This document shows, piece after piece, positions 21,179 through 34,400 of a stretch of DNA of 64,000 nucleotides. The DNA lies in NCBI GenBank assembly GCA_965285935.1, contig OZ260664.1:4588001-4652000 (forward strand). The letters are read 5' to 3'. A program made the translations under genes and the position numbers. The DNA comes from Ophelia neglecta. Taxonomy: Eukaryota. Position 1 is the stretch's first letter. The number at the start of each line of letters is the position of its first letter. The notes under the pieces were generated by a model, which saw nothing but the letters and a program-made list of their open reading frames with translations, did not search any database and had not been told where the DNA came from.

Positions 21179-24100
21179 CTGCATAAGTAAAGAATAAACG
21201 TCTTAATGGTCCGAATAAAATAAGCTGAACAATAAGTTGTAATTCCAGTGATTCCTACAGACAATATATTTGAACTGTATCAAAATGTTATTGGAAATTT
21301 TAAAGATGTAAAGTTTGTTTCACTTGAGACCAGTTATTAGTACCCGGGAGGGGGAGGGAGTTGGACATCAGAGGGCAAAATCAGAAAATCCCCTCATCGC
21401 AACCCCCCGATCCCCATCCCCAAACCCTGCCTGTTTCCCAAACCTCCTGTTTTGTCAAGATTAAATCTTACTAAAAGAAAAAATTCAAGGAGCTTAAGTG
21501 ATTTGAATGACCATTGCCATCTATACGTATGTTTCACCCACCCCCATGTTGGACCTCTTATTTCTATATGCGTTCATCCTGTCTAGTAATAGCAGTTTGT
21601 TTAGTGCTGAAAGTTAAGATTAGGAAGTTTTACTTACTTAGGTAATTAATTATCTGAGAAAATATAACTAGAATGCGTACTTTTGAGTGCAAATGTTTTT
21701 GCAGCATTGGTGAAATACCGAGGGAACATGATCTCGATGGCTTCCAGAAACGAGTCGACGTCCTCGGCGATACCAACCACCGAGTAGTGCTTGATCACAT
21801 TCTCTTTGGCTCGATCCAACGCCCATTGACTAGGAGTGCTAAAACATTAGAATAGATCAACTATATTTATTAATATTTAGCGTAGTTTATTGTCAAGTGT
21901 ATTGTATATTGTGAGGTTTAACAGTAACATATATAAAGATTACATGACCGAATAGGGGTTGAATTCGAAAAAAGAGATCACTTTTTATAAGTCTTCGGGT
22001 AATATGTTTTTTTCTGTAATCTAACCATGGGTCGCTCTCCCATCCCAATTACTATTATACACATCCAATTGTTAATTTTATTGGACTGTTATTTAATAAC
22101 TAAAGATTATCGGATTCTGAGCACAGGAGTAGGGTATAACCCTACAATAATGACGTGTCTACGTACTAGCATCGTGGGTCCTGACCACAGAAGTAGGGAA
22201 TGATCCTGAAGTAACCGCCGGGTCTCGGCCCCACACATTCAGGGTGATCTGTCTGGACACATTCGTCATAGGTCTAAACAACAAACAAATCTTAAGAAAT
22301 TCTACAAAGATGAAAACATAAAGTTGCACTAATGGCAAGCCGCATTCTGGATATAACACCTGTTTCATTCTGTATGGTGCACTACACCACCACTGTTTTT
22401 CTGCCCATTGAGAAATTAGTACTATTTATGTCTCATTTAATTCAATAAATGTCTAATATACATGTAAATTGCTGTGAGAGGTTACTGTCATGCATGTTAG
22501 TTGGCGCCACTCACCCTGTGTTTGTCCTCTGCCTTCTTGGGGAACATGCGACCGAGGTGGAATCGTATGAAGTAGTAGTCCGACACCAGTCTCTGCAGTG
22601 GCTCCCTCACGACGTTGATGTAGATCGGCTGAGGGAAGCCATGGAAATGAAAGAGTCAAACTTTTATAACTTTTTCAAAGCCCTTTTTCATACTGGGTAC
22701 ACTGGATATACTGGTTGTATCTAATCCTCTGTATAAAAACGGGCTGCTGTCCACACTTCTGATTACAAAGAGACGAACCTTTCTTTGTTAAGGGACGACT
22801 GCCCCCCCCCCCTCTGCCCCTAGCCCCTTTCTCGCAGTAAAACGGCAACCCCCCCCCCCCCCCAAGATGGACGGCCTACCCACCTTCGGTATAGGAAAAT
22901 ACCGACCTTCATCTCTAAAATAAGTGGAGGGCTGGCCCACTTCTATGTTTAAAAGGAAAGGCTAGCCCCCTTCTCCGTGTAGAAGGTCAGTAAAGTCTAA
23001 TTGTACCGCTGTCCAAACACATGTTTATCACATGACAAACAACAATTAGCAGCACCGTATAGGTTTATGGTCTAAGTCTCAAACTTACCTTCCCTTGTGT
23101 ACCTGTAATATCGGACTTTTTAAATGAAGTCAGTTGGTATACGTGTATTTACACCCCCTACAATGCAGTGTACGTGTATTGACCAGACTTCCAACTGCGT
23201 ATGCGTGTGGTTACATACTTTCACTGTAGTGAACATGTATTTACTGACCTTTTGAAATCTATGAAGAAGACATGTCTGACGAAAACAGTGGGTCTGTCGT
23301 TCTGATATAATTTCTCTATCAATTCTCTCTGAAATAAGCCACAAACGCCGTATTAATCATAAAAGTATTATTTGAATTATCACATAAAAATAATCCGAGA
23401 ATGATAGTGTATCATTGGTAAATACAGTTTTCCTATAGGGACAGGGGTAACCAGTTGACAGTAATGTTTTAATCCATTTTTATAATACTGTCAGATCTTT
23501 GACCCTATGAAGGCTAGAGCCACTAGCAATAAAAAGGAGAGTTGGCCAAAACTTTATTAACTTTTTCCCGTACGATTCTCCGCAACCTCTCAGGAGTAGG
23601 ACCCCCTCCACTAATTGATTGGCCATTCTAGCCATACCTCCCCACCCCAATCCCCTCCACGTAAGAAGGGAGGCTCCCCGCCTCTGAACCCACTCTTCTT
23701 ATGATTCCCCCTAACCGAAATTTTTTTTTTTTTTTAAGTTCACCTCTTTCTTGAAAGTAATACTCTCCCTGTCATAGATAGTGGAAATGACGAGATTAAA
23801 GTCGTTATGTCTTGAGACGTTCTTCATGATGAGGTAAGTCGCCGTACTGGCACACTTGGGGATCCTGTTGTACATGACAAGCCGGTCGTTTTCGTATGGG
23901 GCAGCTAGGTGGTGCGCAGTCTGACCCTGGGCCCCGAGAAGGGTAGAGTGGTGAACCTGGTCCCTGACGTAGGTAGGCTTGCGATCCTCATCCCCTAGGG
24001 GAGCAGACTTGTGACCCTTGGCGGTAGCTCCCCCTACAGGGCTTTCACGGGGTGAAAAAGTGGTCCTCTCAATGGTCTTTAAGTTTGGTGTCCCCTGTAG

Positions 24101-25087
24101 CAATAGAAATAAATTAAACTTTTAGTGTATCTCTTCGCTTATTTATATATACAGTGAAACCAGCGTTAAAAACCACCTCTATAATCAGACCTGCTGTCAA
24201 CTCGGACCACTAATATGAGGCCTGCGCTGTATACATTCAATGTTAAACAACCTTCGATATCAGACCAGTATTTTCCAGTCCCTTGGGTGGTCTTAATTCA
24301 CAGGTTTCACTGAATTGGCAAAAATTAGCCGAATAAACGGGACGAAGCAGCCAGCTACGCATATATATAACGGACCAAGAAGAAGCGGTCTGGAGTATCT
24401 TGTGTTCTAGGACAGCGTCTGCCGCCAAGGCACGGTACGCTTTGATTAGTGATTAGAATATAATACGTCACTGTAATGCGTGTTGAAGGAAAATATATGG
24501 CATTAAGTATATGACTACTTTATTCCACTTAGTTGCATAGATATAGCGAATAGCTTTTTGTACAGTACAAGTCTCATTTGCGTAAAAATCCTGGTTAAAG
24601 GTATGATAAATAAATGCCAAAGTGGAACTCTTCATGGAAAACTTAATTTAAACGAACACAGTGTCACTGATGAAAGAATCATAGCTAATATTTCTTATTA
24701 TTTCCTTTATCAACAAAGGTAAAATTAGTAAGAGTAACCCACATGCTGACAATAACCCTCTGATATATATTTAAACCCAGCAGACTGTATCAATGTATAT
24801 AAAACCCACCTCACACAGAACATATGTGAATAGTTAAGCGTCTTAAAGTACTGTTGCCGATCAAATCAAACTTACAATTTTACAGCAATACCAAAAATAC
24901 AGTTACTCACTGTCAACCTGATGTTCTCATCTCTTGCAGCTTCGTCCAATTTCATTTTGTCAAGCCACTTGATTGAAGAAGTCACATATATCACACATAT
25001 CAATGTAATGAACAGAGTGACCTTGCGAAAGGGTGAGGTTAAAATCGTACTGCCACAAAATGAACGGTCACTGGATTCTTGATTCAT
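20982..25087 (-). CDS. Uronyl 2-O-sulfotransferase / HS2ST-like gene, 7 coding exons
   Basis: Exons 25087-24911, 24094-23744, 23328-23249, ~22644-22515, 22273-22167, 21838-21681, 21178-20982 join in phase at GT-AG sites except the exon 4 acceptor. Type II TM anchor, PAPS loop YNRIPKCAST, YINVVREPLQRLVSDYYF, IPYFCG, WALDRAKENV, YDFYHFIKQRF. AATAAA at ~20930. Confidence 0.93.
21681..21838 (-). CDS. Sulfotransferase exon 6
   Basis: ttttag|TPSQWALDRAKENVIKHYSVVGIAED...FPRYF...|gtacgc. Confidence 0.9.
22167..22273 (-). CDS. Sulfotransferase exon 5
   Basis: gtttag|TYDECVQTDHPEC...IIPYFCGQDPRC|gtacgt. Confidence 0.9.
22515..22644 (-). CDS. Sulfotransferase exon 4 (acceptor anomalous)
   Basis: HGFPQPIYINVVREPLQRLVSDYYFIRF...KHR|gtgagt; no AG at the expected acceptor. 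Confidence 0.85.
23249..23328 (-). CDS. Sulfotransferase exon 3
   Basis: tttcag|RELIEKLYQNDRPTVFVRHVFFIDFK(R)|gtcagt, phase 2. Confidence 0.9.
23744..24094 (-). CDS. Sulfotransferase exon 2 (stem and PAPS-binding loop)
   Basis: ctacag|GTPNLK...YNRIPKCAST...FKKE|gtgaac. Confidence 0.9.
24152..24312. mobile_element. Tc1/mariner-pogo-type MITE in sulfotransferase intron 1
   Basis: TA|CAGTGAAACC ... GGTTTCACTG terminal inverted repeats; shorter relative at 34799-34888. Confidence 0.8.
24911..25087 (-). CDS. Sulfotransferase exon 1 (cytoplasmic tail and TM anchor)
   Basis: MNQESS...VTLFITLICVIYV...IRLT|gtgagt, phase 0. Confidence 0.8.
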
Positions 25088-25370
25088 TGTTGGCAATATC
25101 GATAAGATACTTTAGTTACAGTAAATTTATCTTCCTTAGATTCTCTTAGCATGCCAATCACCTCCCAACTAAAGATAACGTGGTCCATTCCAAAAGGATT
25201 TGGCTAAATTTACTAGTGAAAATAATAAAATGTTAATGCAAATATTCTTCGAATACATCACGTACGAAATTGTATTTGCATGGGAGTATGTCCCTCGTGC
25301 ATATCCTCGAGCTGGTGTATTCCGCAATCTTATAATATCGATAAATATTTTTCACGCCACATGGTATATG

Positions 25371-25548
25371 CTTAACCGGCAGCAACATGAAGGTCGTCTA
25401 TTAACTCAGTTGCTAAATGAAGGTCATTTATTAATCCGGCCGCCATGTGAAGATCATGTGTTAACAGAGCTGCTAAATGAAAACAATCTATTGACCCAGC
25501 CGCTATTTGGAAGTCTTCTATTCATCAAACCGCCATCTGAAGGTCAAC
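25371..25548. repeat. Degenerate 30-bp tandem repeat x6
   Basis: ttaa...gc..tgaaggtc..ta register repeats every 30 nt. Confidence 0.75.
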
Positions 25549-26582
25549 CCGGTAACCACACAGGAATGTTCCATAGCATGGCTCAATCCAAAAGATTCTC
25601 TGGAACAGAAATCAGTTTGGTTTATTGCGATACTAATATCCTTATGATTGGAAAAAGCGAAATTAATAACAAGGTTAAACTTTTTACGTGTTTAATGACC
25701 AGGTCGTGATGATCTGATTAGACAATGTTGACTCATGTCATGCGTTATGGTGTTGTGAAGTGATTGAATATTATTAATCTAAGAAGTATATCACTCATAG
25801 CTGATGCTTCACATCGATATCATTTTAATAAATTCTTGTTTTTTGGCTGTTGTGTGTTGGCCTGTCGCTGGCGGTTTATGATGCTTGCGGGCACATCAAC
25901 TAGGTTTTCATTCATTAATGATTGTGATTTTTCTGCCGATAGTCCACTCCCGTTTTTATCTTATTATTCATTATTTTCCATTGTTGGATTTCATGAACGG
26001 GTTTTTATTAACATAAATTCTTTTCTCGTAGTCTCTTGTTTTAATCCATGCAAACATGTTTGTATCTATTTGCTTATTTACTGTGGATTTCTGTTGCACA
26101 TTACTTTTTATTTAAATTCTTTACCTGAATACCTCCTATATTGATGTTTATATGTTTGCCTTGTGGTTTGGGCATTACTCTCTGGTTGGAACAAATTAGA
26201 TTGTCTTCAATAGATATGACTACCAGTGAATACATATAACAGGTAAAGTGGACTGATAAGAATCCAATTCCTTGCCTTACGATAATTATATATTTACCAT
26301 GTTGATGATTGATTTAAATCCTGGACATCTCATGCACCGAACTCCATCGTGGATCTCAAGTTGGGACGGGTGGAGGTAAGTTTGTCACCCTTATTAAGCT
26401 TTAGTTAGGTCTGCCCTACCAAGGATCTCTAAGTTGTGTAGGTACAATGGCCACCCTTCTAAAGCCTATAAATTCTATAAATTTTACTGGCTAGTATTTA
26501 CCGCTATATTTTGTAGCTATATTGTCAGTTTAATTGGCAAGTATGGTTGGTAAATGTCATAACAGTGTACAGAAAAAGAACG

Positions 26583-26942
26583 AATACTGTACATCGCTTA
26601 ATGATGTACATGGACAGCTGGAGATTCAGCGGTTGACATGACAACAGTTTCAGTGAGGAATATAAGGATTATTTTAAGTTAATGTCTGAATCATTACGAC
26701 ATTTCGCCATTACGACATTTTATGGAAAAATCGAAATGTAAAATCCAACTTGAAATAATACTGTACGTCGCTTAATGCTGTATAAAAACAGTTGGCAGAT
26801 TAAGCGGTTGACATGACAACCGGCAACAATTTCAGTGAGGAATATAAAGATTATTTTAAGTTTATGCCTGAATCATCACGCCATTGCAACAAATTCGACA
26901 GCAATAAATATTCCAAAATATGGTAAAATCGAAATGTAAAAA
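26583..26942 (+). repeat. Diverged tandem duplication of ~170 bp
   Basis: 26583-26743 vs 26757-26942 share aatactgtac, agcggttgacatgacaac, tttcagtgaggaatataa, aaaatcgaaatgtaaaa. Confidence 0.9.
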
Positions 26943-28943
26943 CTGCCTTATCTGTGATGATTAGGTCCCCCTACCTGAAAGTTAACTAATTCAAAAGCCG
27001 AATTCAAGACCCCGCGGACGAGATAAACCAGTGTTTTTGCGACCGAAATAAATAAAGATCTTTATACCAGACCCCAGATATACGAGGTTTACTAGACCGG
27101 CGCAGTTAGTGAATATAGCCAGAGGACTCGCAAAACTTGTACACCAGCAGCTGTGGGCACTGCACTGAAAAGTATGTATACAACATATATTTGTATGTAT
27201 ACAAACATACGTCCTTTATTTAGCCTCTTCACTAGGCAAGCGGAAAGTGTCACACACACCGCAATTCAATATACTATAGGGTAAAGTCAAGAAACAAGTG
27301 TCCAACGCCGGCACTGAAAATGTAGAAGTTTACCAAATGTTTACATACTAACTCCGGTAAGGTCATCTTAGCCGCGACTTAACGTCTGCAAATGGACTTA
27401 GTTACCTGTCTTTTCCTGATACAATTAAGCATCGTTAAGAGTGTACTTGTGTTTACCTGCACCAGTATCAACAGGATCTTAATTAGGGGTCCGTTTCTGC
27501 AGCCGATCAGCCTTTTACGCTGGCCAGTCCTTAATTGACATAATACATTGTGTGTACCTTGCATGTAGGCTGGTATTGGTATTGTTGATAGTCTAAGTTG
27601 TATAGCTGTTATGGTCCCTTCCCTACCTATCATATTGGTAACACATGTCCCTTCAAGACATGGTGAGTCTCGAACATGTACATTTGTAAGGCTGGGACTG
27701 ACAAGTCTGTCCCTAACAGATATAATGAAAATTTAACATACTTAAACACGTGAAGCCTTTGCCTCGCACAGCAGCACTGTGTACTCCGTGGTTCTCCCTC
27801 GGCGGCTATCTGTGAAATGTCCTATACAATAATCAAACTCCTGCTAAATGATGTTGTTCATTTACACTGTGTCACCAAAACCTTTCGAAGTTGTCCCCTA
27901 CCATATATCAAACTCTCAAAAAACACATACGTAAATAATGCGCTTTTATATGAAGCCGAGGGTTCCCTCTTCCATAATTGCGTTCGGCGCATGTAGTACT
28001 TTCTTAAGATAGCGGTTGTGATTACCGAAGCGTGGCGGTCAATGTGTGGATGCAATGGCTGAGTGTATTGTATTGTGTTTCAACATTCCGTATAAAAGGT
28101 CATTCTATATTTTATGAATAGGGTATAGAAATCGGGGGTGACCTACGCTGCATTCTGTCTAGCCCTAAGCGGGATTCTAAAAATAATAAGATAACATTGC
28201 AAACCAACCCCTGATGAAGGAGAAGAGGGCCAAAAATGGCCCTATTAAAGAGATAACCCACCATTAAACGTTACTAAACGTCATCAGACACCAAATTATA
28301 TGCCTAAAACTATAGTCTGCGCATTTGCATGATGCCTGTAACAATGTGCGACCCCTCTGTGCTTATCTGTCCAAAATACGTGATATGCATCGAAGCCCGT
28401 TGTACCAATCAGCATTATCAACAACCGTTATTATACTATAAGTCTCATTGTTCATTACATTTATTTAGAATACAATAACACTCTCGCCACAATTTCCATA
28501 TATATATATATATTTATATATCATCATGCAGAATTTCAAAAATCAAGGGTTTGCTTTTTATCGCGGGTCGCCGAACCGAAGTCACGCTTCAATGAAGCAC
28601 AATGTCTCCGCACTCCTACAAAAGGGAAATAATTATGAGAAATGTAAATATAAGTATAGAAGTTACAGTAGTAAAGACTACCAAGAATTATTGGGCATAA
28701 GACAGAATTCACTTCCATTTATTTCCATATAACATCTTAAAATCAATTAATGGAAAGCGTGTGAAGACTTTTCTGAAGTTTGTTTTTTAATTTTGGTATT
28801 TGGATGAAAACACACAGTAAATCAAAAATATTCGTAAGTGATTTCCTTGCTCCAAAGTTACTCACTCTTAAGCACTACTACTCATTGGTGATATTTCTTG
28901 CCGAACATATATGGTGAAATATCGTTTTTTACCTTTTCGTCGA

Positions 28944-29093
28944 GGTCGACTTGTGGGAGGCCATTTCATGGTTGACGCTTCCATAGATGTTATCCTAAAA
29001 TCAATTATCTCAGGTGTTTAAAACTTTCGAGCCAGAGATAAGGACTTAAATAATAACACATAATGATTCACTATTAACCTGACCTTTGACCCT
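28944..29093 (+). repeat. Dispersed repeat, paralog of 15216-15375
   Basis: Same shared words as the 15216 copy. Confidence 0.8.
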
Positions 29094-30588
29094 CCATCAC
29101 TACCACGCCCTTCGCTTACCCAAAATCCGCCAATAATCTCGCACTACACTGATATGCACTCCGATATTTACATTTAGGGTGGTGGTAACTAAGCTGATGC
29201 ACCGATGGTTCATTTCGCTTAACTTGTGTTTCTACCAAATAATGTTTACAAACTGCACCTGGTTATCAATTGAGACTACTATAGTGGGCATTCCCGTGGT
29301 ATGTAGTATGGTGACAGCGTCAGACCACAGCGGGAACAGGCTGAAGCATAAATACAGTAGTGAGCTACACATACACTGCAAGAGGCAGCTTAGGTGTCCG
29401 TCAACGTTTACTGGACAGTAGTATTTAATCTGATGATTCAAACTTACAAAACAACTTCCGATAAACATCGTATTTCATTTCTTGCTAATATTAGGAGGCT
29501 GGGATGTATTCACACCAGGCTTATCTTCATGCGATGCAGTTTTCAGGAAGCTTAATATCAATTTTTCATCTTTCTTGATTCCACTGACTTGTTCATAATA
29601 GTTTAAGATTACGCACTACATTGAGTCAGTTTAAATGTCCCGTGTTCATATCTGTAATTGTTAAAGAACTTAAGCTATCTTTAACATCTTAAAAAAGAAA
29701 GTAATACTGCCGTCTCAAGATAATGAACTTTCCATACGGTAGATCCATGGTGCATTTTCTAGGCTATCACATTTCGTAGCTGTCAAGAAAGATATTAACC
29801 AGAAGGTCTCTGTCATGAATGTCTTTTAAATCAACAAATAGTTACCAATACACTACGAAACAAATATTCTCCAAGTTCAGGGTACCGAGAGAATAGGAAA
29901 TTAGCTGCCCCCTTTTCTCTAGATTTGTTGACTGATTGACTCTCTTTCGATGTTACCTGAGCAATATCGACCTAGATGTGAATACTTTCCTTAACGTAAC
30001 TTTTAATCAAACACAATGGTTAATGCCGTTTGGGTGCCATCATGTCCCCATGAAACAATCGCTTGAGTGTGCATAAAATGTTTTTAAAAGTTTAGTAATA
30101 ATGCCCTGTTCTGTCTGCCAACACTCTCAAAATGTTCTATCATAATATAAATTATTGTCCAAGCATCATGTTCTACAACAAGTTTGAAACTAGCGTCCCA
30201 GAAAAGCGTAAAGACCTAAAACGTTATGTAAATTTATGTTGCCAATTTATAGTTTATTGACTCTTTAAGCGACACGAACCAGGTACTATGGCTAGCCCAA
30301 ATTACACTAAGTATTTGCACTACGTATATACATGGGGTCAATGCTGGCAAGCATCGGCCAACATTGGACCAAGGTAGGGCCAATCTATGCATAGTGTAAT
30401 GTGGGGAAGCGTTTCTTGATCAGGTTAGCCAACAAGAATAACATAAATACTGACAAAATACGTCACAAACCGCTAGCGCCAGTAAACGCCCAATATGACA
30501 ATGTCCTGACCGTGGTTATAATTTACTATACGTGAAATAGCTAAATTCCTAAATGCCAACGCCCAGAATACCCATCTAGGTACTTACT

Positions 30589-30590
30589 TA

Positions 30591-30626
<36 letters not shown>
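30589..30626. repeat. (TA)n microsatellite
   Basis: Direct observation. Confidence 0.95.
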
Positions 30627-31321
30627 ACAGTCTTGGATAAAAATATAAGAGAAAAATTGGTAAATTGGAACTTTCCTGACATCATTTTCAACCAGACACA
30701 TAAGGGTATTGATAAACGGTATAATAGAATATTATAGATAACTAACCACTTAAAATATAAGTTCAAGATGCACATTTTCTTCTTGTTTCGTTTCTGTTAA
30801 TAAGAGAGGGTCATTATTTATATTCCAAATCCTGTTCATTCGCTTACCTACATTCAAAATGAAAACATTCAATTGTAGCTACTCCAAGTTTGTAACATGC
30901 TCAGTTTCTATGGATACAATCCTGTGCTCAATGATCGTCACCTTACTGTATATAGTCAATATAAGCTTCTTACCCTAGTCCACCTGAACTCCTGAAGATG
31001 TTACCTCAGAATGACGCTATAAAGTTACTACTGGGGCACCAAAGCAGTAAATTTGTAGCCGTGAAATGCGAATTGTGGAAATTTCCATTGTATGAGCAAA
31101 ATAAAATTTACATATTCCAAAAGACCTCTTTAATAAAAAATAGTTGAAATTTTTACTTTACATTTTGAAGGAGTGAGGAAAAAAGATCTGTTGAAGAGAA
31201 GGCTGTAGGATAATTCCAATGCCCCATGATAATTGGTCGCACCTTTTTTGTCTATTGATTATTGTGTACCACTTTCATTGCTGAAAGTGTGGTCTGCACT
31301 ATTTTTCCATCATTTGTTCCG

Positions 31322-31433
31322 CTATCTTTTGTTTGACCGCAACCTTCTTTTGTTTAAGGGAGGAGACTCTTGCGATGGCACCGTTGGGAAATCCGCTGCA
31401 TCCACTGTTTCACATACGTCTTCCTGGTCGCAC
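31322..31433 (-). CDS. UbL gene terminal exon
   Basis: tttaag|CDQEDVCETVDAADFPTVPSQESPPLNKRRLRSNKR*; phase matches exon H. Confidence 0.75.
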
Positions 31434-34400
31434 CTTAAACCCAAGCAATATTTAATGTATAATAACGTATTTACAGAACATATATGCTCTGTATGGGGAA
31501 AGTTTTCTATCAACAGACCTTAAATCAACAGCCATATTTACAGAGTAGCTGAATTACCACACACAAATAAAATAAGCCAATATTCTATTGTCTTCCGAGC
31601 AAGCACCTCGTAAAAGTGTGGAGATATTGGCTTCTTTGGTGTGAATATAAATTGTCGTAGGCCGACATATTCAAGATGCAACAACCAATAATAGTTGGAA
31701 TAGCCTTCAGATTTGGTAATTTATGTAGCAATAATAAAGGATTTTTTTTGCCATGAATGCACTAGTTGGCTTATATTTGCTCAGAATATGCAAGAAGTAT
31801 GCACAGTTTAATGTTTAGCACACTAATAACGTTAAAGCTGCTGTACACTGATAGTAGTATCAGTAAGGCAGGTAGACTTGCTTTACAAAGAAACAAATGC
31901 AAAGTTAAGGAAAAAAATTGAAATATTATTTAGTACAGATAATTTAAAATATTAGTATATTTTTTACCTTTCGACCAGTCTCAAGGTGAATTTTGTTTCT
32001 CTTGACCGATCCACTCTCATTGCGTCCACAGTTTGGGCACTTTGCAGACTGACTTTTCCAGGAGTTTTGGTTCCCGCTGTCAAGTGAGAATCGGGAGAGG
32101 TTTTCTTCTTCTTTACGGACCTGTCAATTTCTAAGAACAAAGAGCCAGTACTTATTTAAGTAAAACGTCACTGCATCGTCTGGATTTCTATAGTATCCAT
32201 GGTAATAACATTTAATAATGGTTTTTTTATTAATTACGGAAATACCTACTTATAGGTAATTATCGATTGAGTATCTATGATCTATTAACGATTAGCAGCC
32301 ATGACTAGACAGCGGACAAACCCTGAAAAAAAGTATTTTCGGTACTCTTAGATTGATTACCTAACATGACGTCACCAGCTTTTATTTGGAGACTCGGTTC
32401 AAAAGGTCTACTCCTCAACCCTGAAATAACAAACAACATCTAGCTTTATTTTCTAAATGTATACGAAGTTAAAATGTTTGTAGGCATATTATACGCTTAC
32501 CGACCAAATGTCACTTTGATTGTATTCATCCAGGACAGTATCTCTGCAAAATGTTTTAACATAAAAGAATTTTTTTATTACAAATGCTCATACACATGCC
32601 AAATTCAACATTAGTAAGTTTGCAAAGTTAACATGGTTGAATAGGAATGAAACCACATGGTGGGTTTTGTATGGGAGTAGAGACGGCAACGAAATAAAGC
32701 TTTAAACTCAATTAAAATCAAATGCATGATTCCAGTTTCCCTAATAGCTGGGAAGTCTCTAACACAACCTTCATCTGGCAGTTGTCTTCCAGCAACAATC
32801 AGTCGCTGCTGATCTGGCGGTAGTCCTTCCTTCATATGTAACATTAGTCTCACGGTCTTAATGCTGGTGTCATCGGATAACAACAAGGGAGCGACCCGGC
32901 CCGTCAGACAATACACTAAAACCTTTTTTTTTTTTTTTAAACCAAAAAAAAACATTTAACATTATCCTGTAGCATATCATGATTAATGTAAGAGATCTAA
33001 ACGTGCGCCTCCGTATAAGGCTTTCCCTTATTGGACTTTAGAATGTTATTAGTATTATTGAGGTCACCATTCATAATGACAATATCAATTGAAAGCATGT
33101 GAGGAGTATAACGAAAAGCTATCGTGGCAGGATTCAAAGATCAGCCTGGTATCTTTATGCCACAAAGAATAACTGCCAAAAACAAATACAAGAAAAAACT
33201 ATGAACTGCTAGTGCCATGTTTTCATAAAATTGTGAATCACTGAAATAAACTACACCAGTATGCATATGCCTTTATGGAGAAACAGAACCCTGCACGACA
33301 TATTTAGCGAATGTTTCCAACATGATATACATGTTTGTTCGGTCTATTCCTCATAAAATTAATACAGGGAAAATCAAAAATTACACAGAAATACGCTCAT
33401 GTGCAATATGAAAATAATTGCAAGATTCCTGTCAAATTCAACTTCATATAATTCACATAATACTGTTTATTTATATTGCAATATATGCATAAGCTGTGCC
33501 TGCCGCCATTCGAAGCATAAGTATATCTTTTTGTGATATCTTGGTTCAATATAATTTCTGGTACACGTCTGATATGCAACGTATCAGTTAATGGAAAATG
33601 TTTTTTACTATTTAAAATGATCCCTAAAATTTTACCCTAACTAATATTTGTTCTTGTGAAGATGAGTTTAAAAACGCGTCTGTAATATATTCCATTTAAA
33701 AACCAACAGCCCGTTTGTGGAGCAAGCCATGTCTCTGCCCTTCCGTAAAAATAATGCAATAATATCAAACTCACATCGAATGAGGTTGGGTCAGGTCTTT
33801 CATCAAATACCTCTAAAACCAGGATGCCAGTATTTGCAGCTTCAAGTATTTCATTCTTCCGCAGCAGAGAGTAAATATGGTCATTCTCAATGGTCTGGAA
33901 AAAAAACACTTCTAGCATTTCGAAACAAACTCAATTTGACAAGTTAACAAAAAATTAGATGCCATGCTATGATTAGCATTACCTTGATCCACGGAGACGA
34001 ACAGAAGAGTCTTCCAATCACAGTCGACAAATAGAATATGGGCAGTTCTAGCTCAGCGACCATTTGAAATACATCCTTCATCTTTGGTTCAGAGAACGCA
34101 CGGTGCTCAAAAGTGCGACCTTTATATTTAATTCTTACTGAGCTGATTTTTGGTAGACAGTCAATATAGTAGTGTCCTCGTTCATGGTATCCATCAAACC
34201 TGAACACAAATTTAAGACATTACATCCTGGCACGAAACCCACACTCTCTGATAGAAATTAAGATTAATATTTTTACAACCATACTGGATACAATTTATAC
34301 TTTTATACATTTATTTATACATTTTGTTGTATAATTTAAGCTTGTCTCAGTTTCAAGAAAAAGTCTACGTGGTACGTGGTAAAAAATTTCAACATTCATC

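Noticed and set aside
28205-28245. Hammerhead ribozyme core (cctgatgaagg...ccaaaa); also minus strand near 52835
   Set aside because: No GAAA core or consistent stems could be built; an Infernal search would settle it.
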